From contig CAVTIJ010000002.1 in assembly GCA_963734885.1 (NCBI GenBank), positions 259,977-323,976 on the forward strand: DNA of 64,000 bases, in the 5' to 3' direction. A program made the translations under genes and the position numbers. The DNA is from an uncultured Bacteroidales bacterium (lineage in GTDB: Bacteria > Bacteroidota > Bacteroidia > Bacteroidales > VadinHA17). The notes under the pieces are model-generated. The model was given only the letters and a program-made list of their open reading frames with translations, searched no databases and was not told the origin of the DNA. Every line of letters begins with the position of its first letter. Within the stretch, counting starts at the first letter, position 1. Positions 9,000 through 20,215 of the stretch are shown here, piece after piece.

Positions 9000-11396
9000 A
9001 TGCCCTATCCATTACAAAGATTAATCTTTGCTTTTTTCATTCTAATAAATGCTTCTCAGCATGGCGTTTGTCAGGATAGTCTTCTGATGCGTCAGCTGAA
9101 GCAAAGTAGATATCTACGGACAGTGATGAAGCCAGACTCCTCAGGGATGGGATTTTCACGCTGGAAAAAGAAAGAAATAATCCATTCGACCGCCTTGCAC
9201 CTCATAACTCAGTTTAATGATTTAAAAGTCAAGGGCCCCGGTAGTCTGAAAATTGCAAAAGACATTACGGTTTCAGGAGAGGGAAGTATACTGCTCGAAT
9301 CACCCACATCTCTTGCTGTAAAAAATCCAACAAACAGGTCGTATGCAACTTCCGAGATGATAAGACCGATCGATAATGAAAATTTGGAGAGCTTTAACCG
9401 GATCAGCGTTTGGGTTAAATTAGATGCACCCGGATTTTATTCCGCATTTGTCGGGGTAACGCTTTACAACCAGGGAAAGCATATTACTCCCACGCCAGGA
9501 CGTTTTGAAGGGCAGCATTTTATTACTGTATATCCCGGTCAATGGCAACACATTATATGGGAAATACCCGACCTGTATCGCGATAAGGTTACAGGTATTT
9601 CTGTAAGTATAATGCTTGGCGGTTCCCCGGAAGGAGCAAGTGATCATTTTAAGCTTTATATTGATAAACTGAGTATTGATGAGGTTGTCCCTGAATTATC
9701 CCGTGGATTTGATCTCAGGAAGAATTCAATCTCATACTGTCACAGCGGATATATTATTGGTGCAAGGAAACAGGCATTAGTGCAGAATGTTGACGACCCC
9801 CGCTTTCAGGTACTGAATGAAAACGGGAAAGTGGCTTTTGATGGTGTGGCGAAGAAACTTGAAAACGGATTCATGCTGATGGATTTCAGCTCGCTGGATG
9901 TTTCCGGTTTCTATATCCTTAAAACCGGTGCTGGTACTTCCGGTAAGTTTCCGATAGGTGAAAATGCCTATCTGTCATTAGCCTGGAATACCCTGAATTT
10001 CTTCTATGCCGAGCGTTGCGGTTATGATCAGCCGGGGATTCACCAGGTATGCCACAAGGATGTATTTTGTGTCCATCCCGATGGAAGACGCCTCTTAGTA
10101 AACGGCGGCTGGCACGATGCGGCTGATCTTACTCAAGGTACCGGCAATACTGCACGGGGAATTATATCAATGCTCAGATTGGCTAAAACAGTCGAGGCTT
10201 CTCATCCCGATCTTAATACCAGGCTTCTCGAAGAAGCCCGCTGGGGCCTCAACTGGTTGCTCGGTACACGTTTTGGCGATGGATACCGTGACGGCGGACT
10301 CATTATTGGGATCTGGACAGATAATATTATTGGTACAAAAGATGATATGGATACAAAAGCGACAAATGATCCTTTTGACAATTTTATTTCGTCGGTTGCA
10401 GCGGCGCTCGCAGTACCATATTATAGCTCAATTGATCCGGTCTTCTCAGATTGGTGCAGGAAGGCAGCTATCGAAGATTATGACTTTGCCGTAGAAAACA
10501 TGGCTCGGGTATTAAATCAAAAAAACGAAACAGAACTCTATTCAACGGCCACTGTTGCTTCAATGCATCTCTATCAGCTCACCCATGAGCAACGATATCT
10601 CGGAAATGCAGTCAGCTTTGCAGAGATAGTTATGGATTGTCAGCAACTCGAAAGACGGAAGGAATGGAGCATACCACTTCATGGATTCTTCTACGAATCA
10701 CGGGATAAAAAATGCCCCCTGGCATTCTTTCACCGCAGCAATGAAGAAATGATGATCGAGGGTTTATACATGTTGCTCAAAAATGCACCAGCACATCCCG
10801 AAGCGTCAAAATGGATGGCTTCATGCAAAGCTTATGCCGATTATCTGCACGATATTTCCAAAACCATTGAACCGTATGAAATTTTACCTGCAGCAGTTTA
10901 TCAGCTTAACAATTCGGATTTTAGCGGCATCTACCATGAGGGAGAAAAGATCGGTCTTCCTTCGATGGAGGAGTTTAACGCCCAGGTGAAAAATGGCATT
11001 TACCTTGGCAACGATTTTTACCTGCGCCGTTTTCCTGTAGCTTATCAGTTCCGTGGTTTTCATGCGGTACTTATGGGAAAAGCAAAGGCAGCATTTGTGC
11101 TTTCCGAATTATTGAATGATAAGGAATTAAAAGAAATTGCCACCCGTCAGCTCGAATATATTGTAGGATATAATCCCTTTGCCATGAGCACGATATATGG
11201 CGAGGGATATGATTATCCGATCCTTTACAGCGGGTATCTTGGTGATGTAGTCGGGGCAGTTCCTGTAGGGATTGAGACCTTTGAAAATGAAGATAAGCCT
11301 TACTTCCCGATGCAGGTAAACGCAACATACAAAGAAGTCTGGACCCACACTACAGCTTCAGTGATGTGGCTGCTATCCTATCTGGTAGCACATTGA
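9000..11396 (+). CDS. glycoside hydrolase family 9-like protein, exported
   Basis: 798 aa. AYLSLAWNTLNFFYAERCG, GGWHDAADL (compare GH9 GGWYDAGDH), YIVGYNPFAMSTIYGEGYDYP and C-terminal YKEVW resemble GH9 signature blocks. Divergent. Confidence 0.55.
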   Translation: MPYPLQRLIFAFFILINASQHGVCQDSLLMRQLKQSRYLRTVMKPDSSGMGFSRWKKKEIIHSTALHLITQFNDLKVKGPGSLKIAKDITVSGEGSILLESPTSLAVKNPTNRSYATSEMIRPIDNENLESFNRISVWVKLDAPGFYSAFVGVTLYNQGKHITPTPGRFEGQHFITVYPGQWQHIIWEIPDLYRDKVTGISVSIMLGGSPEGASDHFKLYIDKLSIDEVVPELSRGFDLRKNSISYCHSGYIIGARKQALVQNVDDPRFQVLNENGKVAFDGVAKKLENGFMLMDFSSLDVSGFYILKTGAGTSGKFPIGENAYLSLAWNTLNFFYAERCGYDQPGIHQVCHKDVFCVHPDGRRLLVNGGWHDAADLTQGTGNTARGIISMLRLAKTVEASHPDLNTRLLEEARWGLNWLLGTRFGDGYRDGGLIIGIWTDNIIGTKDDMDTKATNDPFDNFISSVAAALAVPYYSSIDPVFSDWCRKAAIEDYDFAVENMARVLNQKNETELYSTATVASMHLYQLTHEQRYLGNAVSFAEIVMDCQQLERRKEWSIPLHGFFYESRDKKCPLAFFHRSNEEMMIEGLYMLLKNAPAHPEASKWMASCKAYADYLHDISKTIEPYEILPAAVYQLNNSDFSGIYHEGEKIGLPSMEEFNAQVKNGIYLGNDFYLRRFPVAYQFRGFHAVLMGKAKAAFVLSELLNDKELKEIATRQLEYIVGYNPFAMSTIYGEGYDYPILYSGYLGDVVGAVPVGIETFENEDKPYFPMQVNATYKEVWTHTTASVMWLLSYLVAH

Positions 11397-11420
11397 ACCT
11401 TATCCTACCGTCCTCACATT

Positions 11421-11428
11421 TATGTTTG
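11421..11428 (+). promoter_or_regulatory. -7 promoter box (TAnnTTTG)
   Basis: TATGTTTG lies 82 nt upstream of the ATG at 11510. Confidence 0.25.
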
Positions 11429-11497
11429 ATTTTAGTAATTTATTGTTTTATTTTAGTTTTTTCCAATACCGTGGCTGAATTCTTTTGTTATATCTAA

Positions 11498-12502
<1,005 letters not shown>

Positions 12503-12672
12503 GTAAAAAAGTTCTTTTTCATGGTTAATAGAATCTAATACTGTTAAAAATTTATAAAAGTGTACCTGAATTATTTACGATCAATCAAGACTTTGCATAA
12601 TAGTTTTTAAATTAGAAGCTTAAGAATTGAGAATTACGAATCACGAATCAAAAAAATTAAAGGAGCAATATT

Positions 12673-13953
12673 ATGAAACAAAGCAAGATCTATATTCCGG
12701 TGATAGTCTTATTACTATGCATATCGAATATCTATGCACAGGACTGGCCACAATATTTTGGGCCAAACAGAAATGGAGTGTCAGCTCAAAAAGGCATTTT
12801 GCGCTCCTGGCCTCAGCAGGGTCCGGAAGTAGTCTGGACGGCTAATGTAGGCATTGGCTATGGCGGACCGGTTGTAAAGGACGGTAAAGTATATTTACTC
12901 GACAGGGATGACAAGGTTGGTGATAAGCTGAGGTGTTTCGACTTTTCCAATGGAAAGGAGCTTTGGAGTTTTGGCTATGATGCTCCTGGATCAGTTATGT
13001 TTCCCGGATCCCGAAGTGTTCCAACACTCGATGGTAATCTGATTTTTACATGTGGCCCGTACGGAAACCTGTATTGTATAGACATCAATACACACAAACC
13101 AGTTTGGAATAAGAATGTCTGGACTGACTTCGGCGGCGGTGAAATTCCGAAATGGGCAATTACACAGTGTCCGATTGTTTATGGTGATTTGCTGATTCTT
13201 GCATCACAGACGCCGCAGGCAGGTGTCGTTGCATATGAAAAACTCACTGGCAAAGTAAGATGGAAAACAGCGCCTCTTGGCCCGGTCGGATATGTTAGTC
13301 CTGCCATCGTGAAAGTTGGCGGAGCCAGCCATGTTGTTATGATAACAGCTGCGGAGCGTGGTGGTTATGGCGAGAGCGGCAGTGGTGGTAAAGTTGTAGG
13401 AATTGACCCGATTTCAGGGAAAATCCTGTGGGAATATAAAAACTGGCAATGCGGAATTCCGGTCCCGGGTCCTATTGACGCCGGTGAAGGCAGAATATTG
13501 ATTACCGGAGGGTATAATGCCGGTGCTGCAATGATAAAGATTGAGAAGAAAGCTGATGGCAGCTACGGCGTTACAGAACTTTATAAAAACAAAGATTTCG
13601 GCGCACATACCCAGCAACCGGTTCTGTATAATGGCAATTTTTATGGTCAATATTCAACAAATGAAAGGAAAGACGGTCTGGTCTGCATGAGCATGGACGG
13701 CCAGATAAAATGGAAAACGGGAAGATCACCATTATTTGATAAAGGTGGTATAATCATTGCCGATGGTTTATTTCTTTGCACTGATGGCAGTAGCAAATTG
13801 TATCTTATTGAACCCAATCCAGAATCATTTAAGCCGGTTGCAACAGCAGATCTGCTCAAAGGAAATCAAAACTGGGCGCCCCTGGCTCTCCTCGATGGAA
13901 AGCTGCTGATTCGTGACCAAAATAGGTTAATGTGTGTAAAGGTTACTAAGTGA
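12673..13953 (+). CDS. PQQ-like / BamB-like beta-propeller repeat protein, exported
   Basis: 426 aa with a signal peptide. Repeated blades of type G.VY..D....L.C.D..TGK..W. Confidence 0.7.
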   Translation: MKQSKIYIPVIVLLLCISNIYAQDWPQYFGPNRNGVSAQKGILRSWPQQGPEVVWTANVGIGYGGPVVKDGKVYLLDRDDKVGDKLRCFDFSNGKELWSFGYDAPGSVMFPGSRSVPTLDGNLIFTCGPYGNLYCIDINTHKPVWNKNVWTDFGGGEIPKWAITQCPIVYGDLLILASQTPQAGVVAYEKLTGKVRWKTAPLGPVGYVSPAIVKVGGASHVVMITAAERGGYGESGSGGKVVGIDPISGKILWEYKNWQCGIPVPGPIDAGEGRILITGGYNAGAAMIKIEKKADGSYGVTELYKNKDFGAHTQQPVLYNGNFYGQYSTNERKDGLVCMSMDGQIKWKTGRSPLFDKGGIIIADGLFLCTDGSSKLYLIEPNPESFKPVATADLLKGNQNWAPLALLDGKLLIRDQNRLMCVKVTK

Positions 13954-13991
13954 TTCTTCAATTAATTCTGAAAAGAATGATTATTAAATAC

Positions 13992-14024
13992 CGAAAGCCT
14001 CTTAACTGAGGCTTTCGCTTTTTA
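13992..14024. terminator. bidirectional hairpin terminator between convergent genes
   Basis: Perfect 10-bp stem CGAAAGCCTC / GAGGCTTTCG with loop TTAACT, followed by CTTTTTAAAA. Confidence 0.7.
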
Positions 14025-14080
14025 AAATGAATCCGGCCTATTGCCTAATATACAATTTGCTATCACCCATCCGGTGTTTT

Positions 14081-15271
14081 TCAGTGATCATTATCATGAT
14101 GATTTTGATCTTTATGATCTTCATCTTTTTTAAATACAACTTTAAGAATCTCGCCAGTCGGAGGTCCAAAACCAGTATTGGAGATATATAATGCACCATC
14201 AGGTCCAAAGGTCATTGCAGTTGGAAAAAATAATTTATCAACAATTACATCTCTCGTATTATCGTTGTTTACACGAACAACTCTCCCTGTATTTGGTATA
14301 GGTCCGCCACCAGCAGAAGTCTCAAGAACATACAACCGGTTATGCTTATCAAATGCAACTCCTAATACACCTGTAAACCCTGTGGCAAATATTTCAACCG
14401 AGCCACCCGGCGTTACTTTATAAATATTTGAGCTCCCTGCAACAAGGGGAAAAGTTCTTAGATTCCCAACAAAGAAATTACCATCATGAAAAGTAATTGC
14501 AGTAGGAACAATGTGTCCATAATATGAAGAAAAATCAATGACTCTGCTCACGTTCCCACTTTTAGTAATCTTAATCATCTCACCATGATTAGGTTCAATT
14601 ACATAAAATGTTCCTTTGACATTTATCAGACTATAGGGATCCCCATCAGGCTCAAAATCATCTATTTCCGGTGCTGCAACAGGATGACTTGCATAATAAG
14701 TGCTTAAGTCGGCCAAGACAGACCATTTACCACTTTTCCGGTTAATTTTTATAACTGAAGTTGGTACGTTGTTGGCATGAGAACATCCTGCAACCAATGT
14801 TGCATATAAATCGTCTTCAGCAAATTCAACATCTGAAACCCCTGATGTAAAGCCAAGGGCATTAATATCCGATGGTAAATTATCTGCTACTGTTGAAACG
14901 ACTCCCTTTGAATTGATCTTAATAATCTTCGAAGTATTTCCACCTTTATATGGTCCAATCGGAGGAATGACCTGGGTGCATTTACCAATAGTTGAATCTT
15001 TCCCTCCAAATCCTGCCAATGCAACATAAAGATTGCCATCTGGTCCAAATTCTAATCCTCGCGGGAAAGCAATATTTGGAGCAAAAACAGAAACCGTTGC
15101 ATTGCTACCAACATTTAATGACCGGCTGTCCGGTAGTACAGGCTTTTTATTCTGGAGAGACAGGTTCTCCTGAACAAGTTGGTTAGTTAGTTCATTGTTT
15201 TTACTACATGATATTACAAGAGTCGAACAAAGCAATAATATCATTCCAGTGTTAATTTTATTCCTTTTCAT
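14081..15271 (-). CDS. beta-propeller lipoprotein (NHL / SMP-30 / ScyD-ScyE-like) with His-rich C-terminal tail
   Basis: 396 aa. Lipobox LVISC. Repeated GPDG.LYV blades (FGPDGNLYVA, FGPDGALYIS). Tail HKDQNHHDNDH. Confidence 0.6.
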   Translation of the reverse strand: MKRNKINTGMILLLCSTLVISCSKNNELTNQLVQENLSLQNKKPVLPDSRSLNVGSNATVSVFAPNIAFPRGLEFGPDGNLYVALAGFGGKDSTIGKCTQVIPPIGPYKGGNTSKIIKINSKGVVSTVADNLPSDINALGFTSGVSDVEFAEDDLYATLVAGCSHANNVPTSVIKINRKSGKWSVLADLSTYYASHPVAAPEIDDFEPDGDPYSLINVKGTFYVIEPNHGEMIKITKSGNVSRVIDFSSYYGHIVPTAITFHDGNFFVGNLRTFPLVAGSSNIYKVTPGGSVEIFATGFTGVLGVAFDKHNRLYVLETSAGGGPIPNTGRVVRVNNDNTRDVIVDKLFFPTAMTFGPDGALYISNTGFGPPTGEILKVVFKKDEDHKDQNHHDNDH

Positions 15272-15597
15272 AGGCTATAATTTTAAATTTATTTATGTAT
15301 ATACTTAGATATCTATCTATAAATTAACACAGTCTAATTGAATAGGTTCAGGACAATGATTTTTATTAATATTCTACTATCAATAAGAATCTTGCATTAA
15401 CCTTTAAAAAAGAGTACTTGGGGAAAGCCATCGGCAAGTCTTTTTGATTAATTTGTCCTGTTAATTCAAATCATTTACATTAAACTCTCATATGGATGAA
15501 AGTTTCTGAAAACTCAGGTGCCGTAGCTCTGGGGGGATCGCCGGAGTTTGCGTAATATACTATTATTCAATCGGGTAATATTTTATTTTGAATGCGA

Positions 15598-18003
15598 CTA
15601 TTCTTCCGCATTATCTCCATTTGGTTCATCCCTTTCATCCTCCCTGTTATTTGCTTCTTTATTAAGCCGGAAGGTGAATGTCAGCAGAAATTGTCTGGAA
15701 TGGAACCGGTTTTCACTTCTTGAATATAACCCTTCGCTGTCCACAATGGAACTTCTTTTACGGCTGTTTAATAAATCACGGACATTAAAGGCCAGGGTGC
15801 CTTTACCATTAAATATTTCACGGGTTACTCCAAAATCTATATAAAAGACAGATAAATCTTTGCCTTGTGGTGTAATCCGGGGTGCACGGTAATTAAAAGT
15901 TGTTTGAAAATCATTGCCAAAAAGATTAATTGCTAATGCTGAACGATTTGTCCAGGAGTAGGTCTCGCTCGTGAAATCTTTTTTATCGTAAGTCCCTTTA
16001 GTAATTGCCTTGTAAAAATTGAAATTCGAACTAAATCTCAAACTCCTGTCAATTTCATACGTGAGATTAAGTTCTAATCCGTATGCATTCTGAGTAGAAA
16101 GATTAATAGGAACAACGTGTGTAATGCCTACTGAATCCACTGAAGAAAAACGCTGAATCACTCCTGTCCTGTGACGATAGTAGACTGTCGAAAGAAAATT
16201 AAATTTTTCATAATCCATAAAATATCCGGTTTCATATGAATCGGTGTACTCCGGGTTTAAATCAGGATTTCCCTGCTCAAGAATGCGTGAATCCCCAAAT
16301 CCGTTATAAGGCATCAGATTGCGGAAATTGGGACGATTAAGCCGACGGCTATAACTGATCTGGAAGGTATGGTTATCATTCACTTTGTAGGACAAAGATG
16401 CACTTGGGAACATGTCAAGATAGGAACGGTGATTTTTCTCATTGGTTTTTGTAAGTTCCGTAGTAATATCTGAAAATTCTCCCCTTATACCTGCCTGTAA
16501 AGAGATACTTTTAAATTCATAGCTTGACATTAAATATGCTGCATATATTTTTTCATTATATACCAGGTTATTCACATAAGCAGGGAACGACACCCAGTTT
16601 AAAGATTTATCCTGCTGCTCGAAGTAATAATTACTGTTTACGATACGTATATTACTTTTTAGACCTGTTTCCAGCTTGATTTTATTTAAAAACGGATGGA
16701 CGTAATCAGCCTGAAGTAAATAATTATACTCATTCTCAGTATTTCCTGAACGTTGATTCAGATCATTTATTCCATTTGCATTGTATTGTTTAATATCAGA
16801 ATTATTGGGCTCAGTTGTCTGCATCCATTTAAAGTCCACAACAAGTTCCTGGTTCTTTCTTTCAAACTTTTTTCTATAGCTTAATGCCGCTTCTAAATTA
16901 TTCTCTTTTGACTTTTCGGATTCATCACGTCTTGTTGATTGAATAAAACTGTTATCACCTGCATAATCGGTATATTCAATTTTATTGGAATTCCGTTCCT
17001 GCGAATTTTCATATAAAAACGAAGCAGTGATGGAGTTTTTTTCTGAAAAATAATAATCCGAGCCAAACATAAAGTTGTTTGACAATCCACTTCGCAAATC
17101 GGTGTTTTTTTCATTGAAAATGAATGAAGTATCAGCGCCGGAATAATTTTGATAGGTACTCCCCTTCCCGGGATTAGTCCGGTAAGAGACTCCATAATTA
17201 GAGAATAAATTCAGTTTATCTTTTCTGTAATTGATACTATATGATCCTCCATAATATGTTGGATAACCGGCATTAGCTGTAAAAATACCGTTCAATCCTT
17301 TGTTTTTGTTTTTCTTTAATATCAGATTAATTATGCCGACTTCTCCAGCAGCATCATACCGTGCTGATGGATTGGTAATTATTTCAACTTTTTCTATTAT
17401 ATCACCCTGAAGCTGCCGGAGGGCATCTGTACTTCTCAAACCTACCAGCCCGGAAGGTTTCCCATCTATCAGAATTCTCACATTCTCACTCCCTCGCAGA
17501 GTAACAGTTCCGTCCATCTCAACTGCTACCGAAGGCACATTATTCAAGATATCTGCAGCACTTCCGCCTAAACTGGTAATATCTGAACCGACATTAAATA
17601 CTTTTTTATCCAGATCGAGCTGCAACTGACTTCTTTGTCCTGTTATAACCACCTCATTCAGTAACTGGGAGTTATCTTCCAGCACGATCTTATTCAAAAT
17701 TATTCCTTTATCTATGAATTTGAGATCCGGTATTGTTTTTGTCTGATAGGATAGAAAAGAAATTTTCAGAAAATAATTACCAGGGACTGCACTGATTTCA
17801 AACTTACCATCCGAATCTGTTGTTGATCCCTTTATGAGTAACGAATCGGAACTATTGAATAGTACTACGTTTGCATACGGCACCGGTGCATTCTTACTGT
17901 CTGATACAATTCCTTCTACCTTAAATTCACGAGTAGTTGATTTCTGAGCAACTGTCAGCCCGGTATAAATAATCAACAAACTTATAATCATGTACTTTTT
18001 CAT
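15598..18003 (-). CDS. TonB-dependent receptor / outer-membrane beta-barrel protein with CarboxypepD_reg-like N-domain
   Basis: 801 aa with a signal peptide. VEGIVSDSKNAPVPYANVVL (carboxypeptidase regulatory-like), plug TLRGSENVRILIDGKP, long beta-barrel. No SusD-like neighbour. Confidence 0.85.
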   Translation of the reverse strand: MKKYMIISLLIIYTGLTVAQKSTTREFKVEGIVSDSKNAPVPYANVVLFNSSDSLLIKGSTTDSDGKFEISAVPGNYFLKISFLSYQTKTIPDLKFIDKGIILNKIVLEDNSQLLNEVVITGQRSQLQLDLDKKVFNVGSDITSLGGSAADILNNVPSVAVEMDGTVTLRGSENVRILIDGKPSGLVGLRSTDALRQLQGDIIEKVEIITNPSARYDAAGEVGIINLILKKNKNKGLNGIFTANAGYPTYYGGSYSINYRKDKLNLFSNYGVSYRTNPGKGSTYQNYSGADTSFIFNEKNTDLRSGLSNNFMFGSDYYFSEKNSITASFLYENSQERNSNKIEYTDYAGDNSFIQSTRRDESEKSKENNLEAALSYRKKFERKNQELVVDFKWMQTTEPNNSDIKQYNANGINDLNQRSGNTENEYNYLLQADYVHPFLNKIKLETGLKSNIRIVNSNYYFEQQDKSLNWVSFPAYVNNLVYNEKIYAAYLMSSYEFKSISLQAGIRGEFSDITTELTKTNEKNHRSYLDMFPSASLSYKVNDNHTFQISYSRRLNRPNFRNLMPYNGFGDSRILEQGNPDLNPEYTDSYETGYFMDYEKFNFLSTVYYRHRTGVIQRFSSVDSVGITHVVPINLSTQNAYGLELNLTYEIDRSLRFSSNFNFYKAITKGTYDKKDFTSETYSWTNRSALAINLFGNDFQTTFNYRAPRITPQGKDLSVFYIDFGVTREIFNGKGTLAFNVRDLLNSRKRSSIVDSEGLYSRSENRFHSRQFLLTFTFRLNKEANNREDERDEPNGDNAEE

Positions 18004-18181
18004 AGCTTAAATATTATTGAGGACTAATTCCAGTAATACTCTCAAAGCTATTTAAAGCATAATTATGGTTTGGGAAAAACCGGATGAGCCTGCTATTTTA
18101 AGCACTGAACTATCGAAAAGTGTAATTGAATTAACGCTTACTTTTCTTAACACCGGTCTGGTGTTTTTTTTAAATTAAAAA

Positions 18182-18217
18182 AGCCATTTGGTAAAGAATA
18201 CCAAATGGCTTTTTTTG
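18182..18217. terminator. bidirectional intrinsic terminator
   Basis: 12-bp stem AGCCATTTGGTA / TACCAAATGGCT with loop AAGAA, flanked by an A-run and a T7 run. Confidence 0.7.
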
Positions 18218-18257
18218 AAGGGATGTTGTATGCAACCTTCTGGCGAAACTGCCCTGA

Positions 18258-18296
18258 GATATTAAAAATAATAAGGACGTTGCACCAACGTCCTTA
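18258..18296 (-). terminator. intrinsic terminator of the 18319-19365 gene
   Basis: 11-bp stem TAAGGACGTTG / CAACGTCCTTA with loop CAC. On the minus strand it is followed by TTATTTTTAA. Confidence 0.7.
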
Positions 18297-18318
18297 CTAT
18301 AATAATACGTTTTAGAGA

Positions 18319-19365
18319 TTATTTTACATAATCTGCTTTAATAAGAAAATCAGCGCTTTCCTTAAGTCCATCCAATGAAGTTTTAAGTTCTTCAGCTACC
18401 GCTTTTGGATCTTTCGGACCTCCGAAACCAGCCTGTGCCGCTGGTTTTCCATCTTTATCCTTTGGTTGATTTTTTGACATCTCAGCCATTACATCTTTCA
18501 TACTGCCCCCCTTTGCCTGAATGCTTTTCATTGCTTCCATCATAGCCATCGATTGTTCCCTTTGTTCCGGAGTCATTTTACCTTCCATCTCAACGAACCA
18601 ATCCTTATAACCATTTTTATAGAATTGAGTGAAAATGGCCTTATAATCAATTTTGCCACTTGCTCCGACAACATACTCGTCTTTGATATGTAACGCCTGG
18701 AAGCGATTTGGATATTTCTTCAGATAAGCAACCGGATCCTGACCACCAATGGTAATCCAATATACATCTAATTCAAAGAAAACTTTTTTCGGATCGGTAT
18801 TCGCAATAAGAAAATCTTCAAATGTCTGATTCGTATTTGCCAATGTCGCAAACTCCAGATTGTGATTATGATAACCAAATTTAATTCCTCTTTTGTTGGC
18901 TTCGTCACCAATTTTGTTCATCAGGTCGCATTCTGCCTTCAGACCTTCGACAGTTCCAGCCCACATATTCATTGGGAAAACAACATATTTGCAGCCCATT
19001 ATTTTATGGTCATCAAATAACTTACCCCAGGCAGCAATAGATCCTGCCTCATCTTTTACATCAAATTTAGCGCGGGCATGGCTTGATATAATTTCCATAC
19101 CATATTTCTTTACAAGGTCAGCAAACTCAGCAGGTTTGTAACCAGCTACCAATCCTGTTTTATCATTGTAATTGGCAAGTTCCAAAGTTACATAACCATC
19201 ATCAGCAAGAGCTTTTAATGAGCCGGTAACATCTGTTTCAAAGCCTTTTACGGAATAAACCTGCACGCCAATGTGCTTTTTTGGAGCGGGAGCTCCCGAA
19301 AGACACATGGATGTCATAAACAGCACTGCAAGCACTGCTACATTAACACGAAAAATGTTTTTCAT
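18319..19365 (-). CDS. sugar phosphate isomerase/epimerase (xylose isomerase-like TIM barrel), exported, with Met-rich C-terminal extension
   Basis: The ORF extends to 19386 (TTG). ATG at 19365 gives MKNIFRVNVAVLAVLFMTSMCLSGAPAP. The core has YHNHNLEF and a TIM-barrel pattern. The about 80-aa tail includes MAMMEAMKSIQAKGGSMKDVMAEM. Confidence 0.7.
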   Translation of the reverse strand: MKNIFRVNVAVLAVLFMTSMCLSGAPAPKKHIGVQVYSVKGFETDVTGSLKALADDGYVTLELANYNDKTGLVAGYKPAEFADLVKKYGMEIISSHARAKFDVKDEAGSIAAWGKLFDDHKIMGCKYVVFPMNMWAGTVEGLKAECDLMNKIGDEANKRGIKFGYHNHNLEFATLANTNQTFEDFLIANTDPKKVFFELDVYWITIGGQDPVAYLKKYPNRFQALHIKDEYVVGASGKIDYKAIFTQFYKNGYKDWFVEMEGKMTPEQREQSMAMMEAMKSIQAKGGSMKDVMAEMSKNQPKDKDGKPAAQAGFGGPKDPKAVAEELKTSLDGLKESADFLIKADYVK

Positions 19366-19526
19366 AATCATAATAATTTTAACCAATTAACTAAATATGT
19401 TTTATAAATATTCACAAACAACAACAGCACCTAAGCTAACAACTTTTTAAAGGATTGGAAAATAAAATCGATAAATCAGAACTATTCAGCGACGGAAACC
19501 CTGATTTTTTATGGATAACGGGTTAT

Positions 19527-20171
19527 TCAATATCCTATTGTGAAACGTTCACAGTGGTGAGCAGGCTTTTCGAGTTCATCAATCATCGCCACAGCATAAT
19601 CCTGTATAGAAATCCTGCTTTCTCCTTTTTCATTCAGAATCAGATCATCTTTGCCCAAACGGAATTTTGTTGTTCTTTGTCCGGGTTCAATGGTACCGGC
19701 AGGACAGAAAAAGGCCCAGTCGATATTTCTTTCTGCCATCAGATCAACAAGATAAACATTTGCCAGAGCCTGAACAGCAGGAAGAAATGCTTCCGGAAAT
19801 GTTTCCATCAATCTTTTTCCCGGTGAAATAAAAAGTGATCCGGCACCTCCTACTACCAGTAATCGTTTTATTCCCGACTTCCTGACTCCTTCAATAATAA
19901 CTCTGTAAACTTCAGTAGTTTCCCTGGCAATATCAGGATTTTTCCAACCGGGGTTATAGGCGCTAATAACGGCATCAGCACCTTTACATGCTTCTATTAC
20001 ATTATCAAGAATAGAAACATCGCTCTTTTTAACTATCAGGTTCTTGTGCACGCTGGTTATTTTTTCAGGGTGACGAACAACAGCCTTAACTTCGTGTCCG
20101 CGATCAAGCGACTCATTTAAGATGGCAGATCCGATAAAACCGCTTGCACCGATTAATACGATTTTTTTCAT
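19527..20171 (-). CDS. NAD(P)H-binding protein (atypical SDR / NmrA-like)
   Basis: 214 aa. N-terminal Rossmann motif MKKIVLIGASGFIGSAIL. Confidence 0.8.
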   Translation of the reverse strand: MKKIVLIGASGFIGSAILNESLDRGHEVKAVVRHPEKITSVHKNLIVKKSDVSILDNVIEACKGADAVISAYNPGWKNPDIARETTEVYRVIIEGVRKSGIKRLLVVGGAGSLFISPGKRLMETFPEAFLPAVQALANVYLVDLMAERNIDWAFFCPAGTIEPGQRTTKFRLGKDDLILNEKGESRISIQDYAVAMIDELEKPAHHCERFTIGY

Positions 20172-20215
20172 TTCTCAGGTTGTAATTTTTCTAAAACATC
20201 ATTTAAACATTTAAT

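Noticed and set aside
12628-12656. A short tandem ACGAATC ACGAATC next to AAGAATTGAGAATT upstream of the PQQ-like gene, considered as another member of the repeat family.
   Set aside because: There are only two 7-nt units and no hairpin partner. The similarity to the GCAAGAAAGAATTGAG segments at 43014-43067 is too short to support.
18151-18180. A plus-strand terminator-like hairpin (AACACC / GGTGTT plus T8) with no plus-strand gene upstream, considered as the end of a small RNA divergent from the TonB-receptor promoter.
   Set aside because: The stem is only 6 bp, and I found no TAnnTTTG box on the plus strand in 18004-18150. It may simply belong to the stack of terminators downstream of the 18319 gene.
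18004-18180. A riboswitch (for example cobalamin) in the leader of the TonB-dependent receptor.
   Set aside because: No B12-box-like sequence or other conserved riboswitch core that I recognise is present on the minus strand.
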